The position numbers and the translations under genes are program-made. The notes below the pieces were generated by a model. That model was given only the letters and a program-made list of their open reading frames with translations. It ran no database searches and was not told where the DNA came from. From an uncultured Alphaproteobacteria bacterium (lineage in GTDB: Bacteria; Pseudomonadota; Alphaproteobacteria; HIMB59; GCA-002718135), in assembly GCA_902571865.1 (NCBI GenBank), contig CACGDO010000002.1, positions 54,960 through 118,959 on the forward strand: a stretch of 64,000 bases of DNA, given 5' to 3'. Shown here one piece after another: positions 31,542 to 42,897 of this stretch; the first letter of the stretch is position 1; every line of letters begins with the position of its first letter.

Positions 31542-32222
31542 CTAATTTTCTAAAATTGATTTTTTATCCCCAATATGTCTAATTTTGGATGAAATAATAT
31601 ACCCTTTGATTTGATGTTTTTTTATTAGTTTTGTCCAAATTTCATTCATAGAGAATATTTTTTTTCTATTATTAAATATATTTTTAGATACGATTTGAAG
31701 ACCAGAATAATACAATTTCGCATTTTTACTTTTCCAATTTATGACTACATTTCTTTTTAAATTAAAGTCGCCATTTTCTTTTTTTAAGCCTAAAAAATTA
31801 ATATCTTTAGACAATAACATTTTACAGTGAGATACATCTTGATAATTGCTAAGAAAATTTTTGATATGTGATTTATTTTTTTTAGTCCAAAAAATATCAG
31901 AATTAACAACACAGATTTTATTTCTTTTTGTATGATTGAAAATATTTTTTACTCCTCCACCTGTGCCAAGTATTGTTTTTTCATAAATAATCTTAATTGG
32001 ATACTTTTTAAAATTTTTGTCCAAATACTTTTTAATTTTATGATGTAAGTAATGTGTATTTATTATGATTTCATCACATCCAATATTGGTAAAAAAATCA
32101 ATTGTGTTCTTTAATAATACTTTATTTTTATATTTTAACAGAGGTTTTGGGGTACTGCGTGTCAAATTTAGCATCCTTGATCCAAAACCTGCACATAAAA
32201 TCATTAACGTAAAATTCTTCAT
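31542..32222 (-). CDS. sugar-phosphate nucleotidyltransferase (MurU-like)
   Basis: 226 aa. N-terminus LCAGFGSRM...PKPLL, typical of NDP-sugar pyrophosphorylases. Paired with the upstream kinase-fold gene, as in the AmgK/MurU pair. Confidence 0.65.
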   Translation of the reverse strand: MKNFTLMILCAGFGSRMLNLTRSTPKPLLKYKNKVLLKNTIDFFTNIGCDEIIINTHYLHHKIKKYLDKNFKKYPIKIIYEKTILGTGGGVKNIFNHTKRNKICVVNSDIFWTKKNKSHIKNFLSNYQDVSHCKMLLSKDINFLGLKKENGDFNLKRNVVINWKSKNAKLYYSGLQIVSKNIFNNRKKIFSMNEIWTKLIKKHQIKGYIISSKIRHIGDKKSILEN

Positions 32223-32225
32223 AAA

Positions 32226-33143
32226 TTATAAATACTTTTCATAAATTGATCTTAGTTCATAATTTTTAATATTATTCAATGTCGCTATTGTTCTAGATTT
32301 AGTTATTTTTAAATAATCTAAGTATTGATTATCATTATTTGTGATAAGTAATTTTCTCCATCTACCAAGTAATCGGGTCTGACGAGCTAAACTTAAAACA
32401 TAATATTGTTCCCGAAAAATATTGAGATCTTCAATAATTGGCGTATTATTATAAAAATATTCAATTAATTTATCATTGTAATCTCTTGTAAAATTTATTC
32501 TTGGATTTTCTAATAATGATATTAGGTCCCATCCTATAAATCCCATAAAAGCACTTTGAAAATCAATAATTCCACATTGTAAATGTGATTCATAATTTTC
32601 TAAAAAAAATAAATTAACAAATTCAAAGTCTTTGTGAACAAAATTTTTCATATTATAATTTTGAGAATAAAATATACTTTCCCATAATTCATAAAATTTT
32701 GAAGTTGGAAAATTTGAATTTTTATTGGTAGTAATATAATAAGTAACAAACTCTTTAAGTTCAATTTTTAAATCTTCAAAAGTATATTCTTTTAAATTTT
32801 TTAAATTATTTAAATTTAATTCGTTTTGAATAACAATTATATTATCTAAAGCTAGTTTTAATAGTTTGTAAAGATTATCTTTATTATATATTTTATTAAA
32901 TCTATCATTTCCAAAATCTTGCATATATATTTTATATTGTTTTTGATTAACTTCATATATCTTAGGAATTGATACATTAACCTTTAGTAATATTTCATAA
33001 ATATTAAGGAAATTTTTAAACTCTTGTTTATCTTTAGAAAAATCAATTATTATTTGGGTGTTCTCATTTTTTCTAATTCTGTAAATTAATTTTTTAGATA
33101 ATCCGTCCTTGATTTTTTCTAAATCGTTAGGATCAGAATTCAT
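32226..33143 (-). CDS. aminoglycoside-phosphotransferase-fold kinase (AmgK-like)
   Basis: 305 aa. Catalytic loop VHKDFEFVNL (H-x-D-x4-N) and IIDFQSA metal-binding motif. Confidence 0.6.
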   Translation of the reverse strand: MNSDPNDLEKIKDGLSKKLIYRIRKNENTQIIIDFSKDKQEFKNFLNIYEILLKVNVSIPKIYEVNQKQYKIYMQDFGNDRFNKIYNKDNLYKLLKLALDNIIVIQNELNLNNLKNLKEYTFEDLKIELKEFVTYYITTNKNSNFPTSKFYELWESIFYSQNYNMKNFVHKDFEFVNLFFLENYESHLQCGIIDFQSAFMGFIGWDLISLLENPRINFTRDYNDKLIEYFYNNTPIIEDLNIFREQYYVLSLARQTRLLGRWRKLLITNNDNQYLDYLKITKSRTIATLNNIKNYELRSIYEKYL

Positions 33144-33594
33144 TAAACAATTGATTAAAACTAATATTAATTTTTCTTTTAGTTTCAGAAATCATATCTA
33201 AATTTATTAAATAATGTTTTTTGTTTAGTGGTAAATTTATTAACATTTCAGGCCATTCTATAAATGTAATATTGTTATTTAGATTTTCGAAAAAATCTAA
33301 TTCCTCTAATTCCTTTAAACTTTTAACTCTATAAAGATCATAGTGATAGATTTGTTTTGAATTTAATTCGTAGGTAATCAAAATTGGATATGTTGGACTA
33401 ATAATAGAAGTTGGTTTAGGCAGATTATTTAATACATGAAGATTATTAATTAAAGATCTTATATATGTTGTCTTGCCAGCACCTAGTTCTCCTTGAAATA
33501 GGTAAATATCTCCAAAAGATATGTCTTTACTTAAATTAGTAGTGAATTTTTCAAGTTCACGAAGATCTAAAATTTGATTACTTAATTTTTGCAA
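33133..33594 (-). CDS. tsaE: tRNA t6A37 biosynthesis ATPase TsaE
   Basis: 153 aa. P-loop GELGAGKTT and the YHYDLYR segment typical of TsaE/YjeE. Confidence 0.85.
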   Translation of the reverse strand: MQKLSNQILDLRELEKFTTNLSKDISFGDIYLFQGELGAGKTTYIRSLINNLHVLNNLPKPTSIISPTYPILITYELNSKQIYHYDLYRVKSLKELEELDFFENLNNNITFIEWPEMLINLPLNKKHYLINLDMISETKRKINISFNQLFNEF

Positions 33595-33600
33595 ATTTTG

Positions 33601-34770
33601 TTATGCAATACCTTTTAAAGCTTCCACTAAATCAGTTTTTTCCCAGGTAAAATGTCCCTTGTCACTTGGCTCTCTACCAAAATGTCCATAAGCAGAGGTT
33701 GGAACATAAATTGCATTTGTTAGTTTTAAATGTTCTCTTATTCCTCTTGGACTTAGATCGAATAAATCTTGTACAGATTTTTCAATCTTTTGTTCATCTA
33801 CTTTATTTGTTCCATTGGTATTTACATATACTGATAAAGGTTTTGAGACTCCTATTGCATAGGATAACTGTATAGTACATTCGTCTGCAAGATCAGCTGC
33901 AACTACATTTTTTGCTAGGTATCTAGCTGCATATGCTGCAGATCTATCAACCTTAGATGGGTCTTTTCCAGAAAATGCTCCTCCACCATGTGGGGCTGCA
34001 CCACCATATGTATCAACAATTATTTTTCTTCCTGTTAGACCAGAATCACCATCAGGACCTCCAATTACAAAGTTTCCAGTTGGATTAACATAGAATTCTT
34101 CATCTTTAAGACCTTCTAATAAGTTATTAGGTATACATTCATATACATAAGGTTTAACAATATCTTTCACATCCTCAGGAGATAAACCTTCTTTGTGTTG
34201 TGAGGAAATTACTAAAGATGTAACTTTGCTTGGTTTTCCATTTTCATAAAGCATTGTAACTTGGCTTTTTGAATCTGGTTCTAGACCAGATGCAGATCCA
34301 TCTTTACGGGCTTGAGCCATTTTATATAGGATTTGATGAGAATAATGTATCGGTGCTGGCATTAATGACGCAGTGTCTTTGCAAGCAAAACCAAACATGA
34401 TTCCTTGATCACCTGCGCCCTCATCTTTGTTGCTACCAGAATCAACACCCATAGCAATATCAGCTGATTGCTCATGAAGAAAACTTTCAACATCACAATT
34501 CTGCCAATGAAAGCCATCTTGTTCATAACCAATATCTTTAATACAATCTCTAACTTGAGATATAATCTGATCTTTAGAAACTGATGGGCCCCTAACTTCT
34601 CCAGCTAAAACTACTTTATTAGTGGTAGTCAAAGTCTCACAAGCTACGCGTGTTTGTGGGTCACCAGATGATAAATAAGTATCAACAACCATATCTGAAA
34701 TTCTATCACAAACTTTATCTGGATGACCTTCAGAAACTGATTCACTTGTAAATAAATAAGATCTATTCAT
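33601..34770 (-). CDS. metK: S-adenosylmethionine synthase
   Basis: 389 aa. [16 protein letters not shown] and GGGAFSGKD motifs. Confidence 0.97.
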   Translation of the reverse strand: MNRSYLFTSESVSEGHPDKVCDRISDMVVDTYLSSGDPQTRVACETLTTTNKVVLAGEVRGPSVSKDQIISQVRDCIKDIGYEQDGFHWQNCDVESFLHEQSADIAMGVDSGSNKDEGAGDQGIMFGFACKDTASLMPAPIHYSHQILYKMAQARKDGSASGLEPDSKSQVTMLYENGKPSKVTSLVISSQHKEGLSPEDVKDIVKPYVYECIPNNLLEGLKDEEFYVNPTGNFVIGGPDGDSGLTGRKIIVDTYGGAAPHGGGAFSGKDPSKVDRSAAYAARYLAKNVVAADLADECTIQLSYAIGVSKPLSVYVNTNGTNKVDEQKIEKSVQDLFDLSPRGIREHLKLTNAIYVPTSAYGHFGREPSDKGHFTWEKTDLVEALKGIA

Positions 34771-34778
34771 ATTAACTC

Positions 34779-37772
<2,994 letters not shown>

Positions 37773-37801
<29 letters not shown>

Positions 37802-38486
37802 ATCTTGTTCTTATTTGATCAAAAGAATTATCATAAGATCTGAATTTTTTTCTTAATCTCTTTATATGGCTATCAATAGTCCTATCATCAACATATATAG
37901 AATCACCATACATAGCGTCCATCAATTGGTTTCTATCCTTTACTACTCCAGGATACTGAGCAAGAGATTTAATTAAATTAAACTCTGCAACTGTAAGTTC
38001 AATTTCTATACTTTTCCAAAAACATAATTGTTTATCTTCATCTAGTATTAAATCACCTTTTGTAAAATTTTGTTTTTTAATACTATTATCTTTTTGTTCT
38101 TCATTTCTATTATTATGAATTCTTAGCACTGTTCTTATGCGTTCATTTAATAATTTTTGTGAAAAAGGTTTTTTTATATAATCTGAAGCTCCCATTCTTA
38201 ATCCAATAATCTCATCTTGTTCATGATCTTTTGAGGTTAAAAAGATAATCGGAAGATCTTTTAGATCTTCAATCTTGCTCGAACGTACTTTTGAAAGAAG
38301 TTCATTTCCATCCATTTTAGGCATCTTAATATCAAACAATCCCAAATCATAAGATTTACTTTCAAGAGCCTCTAAGGCCTCAACACCATTAAGAAATGTA
38401 TCTACTGTAAACCCTTCACTTTGCAGAGAAAGAGATACTGATGTGAGAATCGACTGCTCGTCATCAACTAATGCTATCTTGGGCAT
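37773..38486 (-). CDS. chvI: OmpR-family response regulator ChvI/BvrR-like
   Basis: 237 aa. IALVDDEQSILTSVS, DIKMPKMDG, IFLTSKD and VDDRTIDSHIKRLRKKF closely track my recollection of rhizobial ChvI. Confidence 0.85.
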
Positions 38487-38628
38487 ATTGCTTTTTATTA
38501 ATAATTTATGGCAGATTTAAGTTCAAAGAAAAAATGAGTCGGTTAACAAAATGTGACTTAAGTTGATAAGTAAATGTAAATATTTCAATAACTTGTTTGT
38601 CTCCTCAAAATTTGAATTAAGTAAGGGA

Positions 38629-38656
38629 TTGACATGATAAAAAAAATATTTATGTT
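38629..38656 (+). promoter_or_regulatory. candidate sigma-70 promoter for the nrd operon
   Basis: TTGACA (38629-38634), a 16-nt spacer, then TATGTT (38651-38656). This would give a leader of about 100 nt before the nrdA ATG. Such matches are easy to find in AT-rich DNA. Confidence 0.3.
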
Positions 38657-38711
38657 CTTACTTTGTTCTTATTGCGATATTGAGCAAATGTTGTATTGTC
38701 CCTTTTCGGCG

Positions 38712-38727
38712 GCACTACATATTGTGT
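38712..38727 (+). promoter_or_regulatory. candidate NrdR box
   Basis: GCACTACATATTGTGT matches 14 of 16 positions of the NrdR-box palindrome as I remember it (acaCwAtATaTwGtgt). It lies 39 nt upstream of the nrdA start. No convincing second box found. Confidence 0.3.
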
Positions 38728-38765
38728 TTTTCGACAATAATTTTTTAAAAATGGATAGAATTTAA

Positions 38766-41519
38766 ATGGCAGACAATCTACAGGTATCAGCAAAAATCTC
38801 AGAAGAAAAAAGTGTAAATATTTTAACATTAAGTGTTGTACGTCGTGACGGAGCAATTACTCCTTTTAAATCGGAGAAAATTTCGAATGCTATTAAAAAA
38901 GCATTCTTAGCACAAACAAAAATTAGAAATGATAAAAATAAGGAAAAAGAACAACAAGATGGAATTCATAAAACCGTCGAAGCTTTAACACATAAAGTTG
39001 TCTCAGCATTAACCAGAAGGATTGCTGATGGAGACATGATTCACATAGAAGATATACAAGATCAAGTGGAATTAGCTCTTATGAGGGATGAGCATCATAA
39101 GGTTGCTAGAGCATATGTTTTGTATAGAGAACAAAGAGCAGCTTCAAGATATCATACTAAAAAACTAAAAGAACAAGTTGGAGAAAAAGCTTCTTCAATG
39201 ATGGTCACTAAAAGAGATGGAAGTAAAGAACCAATTTCACTTGATAAAATTACCAATAGAGTTTCTGTTCTATCGACTGGTTTAAATATTGATCCAATTG
39301 TTGTTGTTCAAAAAGCAGTTCCAGGATTGTATAGTGATATTAGTTCTGTTGAAATTGATACTTATCTTGCTGAAACAGCAGCAGCTTTAACAGTTGAACA
39401 TCCTGATTATTCTTACCTAGCAGCAAGGATAAAAGTTAATTCTCTTCATAAAGAAACTCCAGGCTTCATAATAGCTACAAAGAACTTATACGATGATGGT
39501 TTATTGAGAGAAGATTATTATAAAAAAGTGATGGAAAATGCAGATGCAATAGAATCAGTGATTGATTATGACAAAGATTATACCTTTGATTATTTTGCTC
39601 TTACAACACTAATCAGGGCATATTTATTAAAGTTTGATAATAAAACAATTGAAAGACCTCAAGACCTATGGATGAGAGTAACTTTAACAGTTACCGGTAA
39701 TGAGTTTAATTTAGATAAAATAAAAGAAACTTATAAAAATTTATCAACTGGTACGTATACACATGCTACTCCAACTTTGTTTAATAGTGGATTAAAAATG
39801 CAACAATTATCGTCGTGCTTTTTAATAGGTATGGAGGATGATTCTATTGAAGGTATTTTTAACACCATAAAAGATTGTGCTCTAATATCTAAAACCGCAG
39901 GTGGTATTGGCATGCACGCACACAACATTAGAGGTAGTGGAAGTAGAATAAAATCAACAAATGGTAAATCTAATGGTCTTATTCCATTTCTTAAAATTTT
40001 TAATGAGACTGCTAAATCAGTTGACCAAGGCGGAGGTAAAAGAAAAGGTTCTTTTGCAGTTTACTTAGAGCCCTGGCATGCTGACATTGAGAAATTTTTA
40101 GAACTTAGAAAAAATACTGGCGCCGAAGAATTTAGAGCAAGAGATTTGTTTTACGCTTTATGGATACCAGATTTATTCATGAAAAGAGTAGAAAATGATG
40201 AAGAATGGACACTTATGAGTGAACATGAATGTCCAGGACTTTCTAATGTTTATGGTGATGAGTTTGAAAAACTTTACACTAAGTATGAAAATGAAATGAA
40301 GCATTTAGAAAAAATTAAAGCAAGAGATCTAATGTCTAAAATTATAGAAGCGCAGATAGAAACAGGACAGCCTTATATGCTCTATAAAGACTCAATCAAT
40401 AACAAGTCAAACCAAAAAAATATTGGTGTTATTAAATCTTCAAACCTGTGTGCAGAAATAGTTGAATACTCAGATAAGAACGAGACATCTGTATGTAACT
40501 TGGCTTCTATAGCTCTGCCAAAATTTGTAAAAAAATCAGATAAAAAATTAATATATGACTATGATGCTCTTTATGAAACAGCAAAATTGGCCACAAAAAA
40601 CTTAGATGAAGTAATTGATATTAATTTTTATCCAACTGATAAAACGGAAAGATCTAATAATAAACACAGACCAATAGGTTTAGGAATACAGGGTCTTGCA
40701 GATGTCTACTTCAAGTTAGGAATAGCTTATGATTCTGAAGAGGCTAAAGAAATAAATAAATTAATTTTTGAAACAATTTACTTTGGAGCTCTAGAAGCTT
40801 CATGTGAATTAGCAAAAGAAAAGGGAGCATACGAAACATTTAAAAATTCACCAATTTCGGAAGGTAAATTTCAATTTGATCTGTGGAATGTTAATCCTTC
40901 TTCAAAATGGGATTGGGATGCGCTAAGAGCTAGAATTAAAGAGCACGGTGTAAGAAACTCTTTAACCACAGCTTGTATGCCAACTGCGTCAACAGGCATT
41001 ATATTAGGTAACACTGAAACATTCCAAATACAAACCTCTAATATATATAAAAGACAAACACTCTCGGGTGAGTTCCTACTCGTAAATAGATATTTGGTGA
41101 ATGAACTTTCTCAAAGAGGACTGTGGAATAAAGATATGAGAGACAAAATAATTTTAGAAAATGGATCGGTTGAAAACATAAATGAAATTCCAACTGAGCT
41201 AAAAGAAATCTATAAAACAGTTTGGGAAGTATCACAAAAAACTGTCATAGATATGTCAGCAGATAGAGCGCCATTTATTGATCAAACCCAATCAATGAAT
41301 CTTTGGCTTTCAACGCCTACATTTGGAAAAGTTAATTCAATGCATATGTATGCTTGGAAAAAAGGTCTTAAAACAGGAATGTATTATCTAAGAAGTAGAT
41401 CAGCAGTTGATGCTGTAAAAGTTACAGTTTCATCAGAAAAAGCAGCAAAAGATGCTTATATAAATACTGCTATTAAACAAAACAATGAACCAGAAGATTG
41501 CGAAACTTGCAGTGCATAA
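38766..41519 (+). CDS. nrdA: ribonucleoside-diphosphate reductase alpha chain, class Ia, eukaryote-like, with two ATP-cones
   Basis: 917 aa. Two VxKRDG ATP-cone starts (VVRRDGAITPFKSEKI, MVTKRDGSKEPISLDKI), LSSCFL, catalytic SSNLCAEI, and a C-terminal CETC redox pair. Confidence 0.96.
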   Translation: MADNLQVSAKISEEKSVNILTLSVVRRDGAITPFKSEKISNAIKKAFLAQTKIRNDKNKEKEQQDGIHKTVEALTHKVVSALTRRIADGDMIHIEDIQDQVELALMRDEHHKVARAYVLYREQRAASRYHTKKLKEQVGEKASSMMVTKRDGSKEPISLDKITNRVSVLSTGLNIDPIVVVQKAVPGLYSDISSVEIDTYLAETAAALTVEHPDYSYLAARIKVNSLHKETPGFIIATKNLYDDGLLREDYYKKVMENADAIESVIDYDKDYTFDYFALTTLIRAYLLKFDNKTIERPQDLWMRVTLTVTGNEFNLDKIKETYKNLSTGTYTHATPTLFNSGLKMQQLSSCFLIGMEDDSIEGIFNTIKDCALISKTAGGIGMHAHNIRGSGSRIKSTNGKSNGLIPFLKIFNETAKSVDQGGGKRKGSFAVYLEPWHADIEKFLELRKNTGAEEFRARDLFYALWIPDLFMKRVENDEEWTLMSEHECPGLSNVYGDEFEKLYTKYENEMKHLEKIKARDLMSKIIEAQIETGQPYMLYKDSINNKSNQKNIGVIKSSNLCAEIVEYSDKNETSVCNLASIALPKFVKKSDKKLIYDYDALYETAKLATKNLDEVIDINFYPTDKTERSNNKHRPIGLGIQGLADVYFKLGIAYDSEEAKEINKLIFETIYFGALEASCELAKEKGAYETFKNSPISEGKFQFDLWNVNPSSKWDWDALRARIKEHGVRNSLTTACMPTASTGIILGNTETFQIQTSNIYKRQTLSGEFLLVNRYLVNELSQRGLWNKDMRDKIILENGSVENINEIPTELKEIYKTVWEVSQKTVIDMSADRAPFIDQTQSMNLWLSTPTFGKVNSMHMYAWKKGLKTGMYYLRSRSAVDAVKVTVSSEKAAKDAYINTAIKQNNEPEDCETCSA

Positions 41520-41533
41520 AGAAGGAGTAAAGA

Positions 41534-42523
41534 ATGATATCAAAAGGCGTTAAATCAATATTTCCAATAAAAAACCAAGAAATTTGGGATAGGTACAAAC
41601 AACATATTCAAGCCTTTTGGACAACCGAAGAAGTATCATTGCAAGATGATTTAAGAGACCTTGAAACTTTAAATGATGGTGAAAAGCATTTTATTAAGCA
41701 TGTACTTGCATATTTTGCAAACTCTGAGGCAATGATTAATGAAAACTTAGCAAGTAGATTTTACAAAGAAATCCTAATACCTGAAGCAAGATGTTTTATC
41801 TCAATACAAATGTTGAACGAATCCATTCATGCAGAAATGTACGGTCTTCAAATTGAGGCTTATGTAAAAGATGCAAAAGAAAAAGATATGCTTTTTGATG
41901 CAATTCAAAATGTACCATGTATTAATCATAAAGCACAATGGGTATCAAAATGGCTTAATGGCAGTCAAAATCTCCTAACCAGATTGATAGGTTTTGGATT
42001 AGTTGAAGGTTTGTTTTTTGCTGGCTCTTTCTGTGCCATATATTACTTTAGGAAAAGAGGGTTATTACCTGGCTTAGCCCTATCTAACGATTGGATTGCA
42101 AGAGATGAAGGAATGCACTTTAGCTTTTCATCATTAATGTTTAGGACTTTAAGAGACAAGTTTAATAATAAAACATTAACTGATGCAGATATTAGTGATT
42201 TATCCTTGATTCCTTCAGACGTACCTCAATCACAGTTTGAAGAAATTGTTAGAGAAGCAGTAGCTTTTGAAAAAGAATTTGTAAAAGATGCACTGCCAGT
42301 AGATTTAATTGGTATGAATCAAGACTTAATGTGTCAGTATATCGAAGCTGTTGCAGACAGAATTGCTGATCTATTTGAATTTGACAGAGTCTTTAAAACA
42401 GAGAATCCTTTTGATTTTATGAGAGCTTTGGATGTTCAAAATGTTACAAACTTTTTTGAAAAAAGAGTATCTGAGTATCAAAGACCTACTGATAGAGCTT
42501 TAAGTTTTGATGAAGCATTTTGA
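41534..42523 (+). CDS. nrdB: ribonucleoside-diphosphate reductase beta chain, class Ia
   Basis: 329 aa. Di-iron/tyrosyl motif ESIHAEMY, EGLFFAGSF and SNDWIARDEGMH. C-terminal tail ...LSFDEAF. Confidence 0.96.
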   Translation: MISKGVKSIFPIKNQEIWDRYKQHIQAFWTTEEVSLQDDLRDLETLNDGEKHFIKHVLAYFANSEAMINENLASRFYKEILIPEARCFISIQMLNESIHAEMYGLQIEAYVKDAKEKDMLFDAIQNVPCINHKAQWVSKWLNGSQNLLTRLIGFGLVEGLFFAGSFCAIYYFRKRGLLPGLALSNDWIARDEGMHFSFSSLMFRTLRDKFNNKTLTDADISDLSLIPSDVPQSQFEEIVREAVAFEKEFVKDALPVDLIGMNQDLMCQYIEAVADRIADLFEFDRVFKTENPFDFMRALDVQNVTNFFEKRVSEYQRPTDRALSFDEAF

Positions 42524-42762
42524 TGGAAGCAGAGATATATTCTAAAACTAATTGTGGATACTGTGATAGAGCTAAACTACGGTTAGCTAAATATAATCCA
42601 AAGATTTATATGCTTGATACAGATTATACTAGAGAAGATTTTTTTGAAAAGTTTCCAAACGCTAAAACCTTTCCTCAAATAATTTTAAATGGTGAAAAAA
42701 TTGGAGGGTATCATGAGCTTGAAAAATGGTTCGCAATGAATACCTTTGATGAAGAATTCTAA
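42523..42762 (+). CDS. glutaredoxin-like protein (probable RNR reductant)
   Basis: 79 aa from the ATG at 42523 (TGATG overlap with the nrdB stop). CGYC active site and TFPQIILNGEKIGGY glutaredoxin signature. Confidence 0.85.
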   Translation: MEAEIYSKTNCGYCDRAKLRLAKYNPKIYMLDTDYTREDFFEKFPNAKTFPQIILNGEKIGGYHELEKWFAMNTFDEEF

Positions 42763-42887
42763 ATAACCTTTTTTTTTCCTTTTCTTGTGTAAGTTTTTTT
42801 ATTTCTAACAATTCTTTGTTTATACTTAGGTAGTTTTAAATCTTGAGCAAAGGGATTTCTCTTCTTAATTTTTTTTTTTATTTCCAT
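42759..42887 (-). CDS. unlisted 42-aa highly basic small protein, ArfA-like
   Basis: ATG at 42887, TAG at 42759-42761. The translation is MEIKKKIKKRNPFAQDLKLPKYKQRIVRNKKTYTRKGKKKVI, with 18 of 42 residues K or R. It fills the polA-nrd gap and shares the CTAA stop overlap seen at other convergent pairs. It resembles the ArfA core N-x-x-x-A-x-L-x-x-P-x-F-R-Q-R-V-x-x-N-K-K-...-Y-x-R-K-G-K. Confidence 0.45.
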   Translation of the reverse strand: MEIKKKIKKRNPFAQDLKLPKYKQRIVRNKKTYTRKGKKKVI

Positions 42888-42897
42888 AAACTATGGT

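Noticed and set aside
38501-38775. AATTTA(A)ATGGCAGA occurs twice, near the chvI start (about 38504-38517) and at the nrdA start (about 38758-38772).
   Set aside because: It is only about 14 nt, AT-rich, and has one indel. It is most likely coincidence.
42549-42560. DnaA-box-like TGTGGATAC inside the glutaredoxin gene. Other 7-8/9 matches occur at about 15549 and about 5050.
   Set aside because: They are single, scattered, intragenic near-matches with no clustering.
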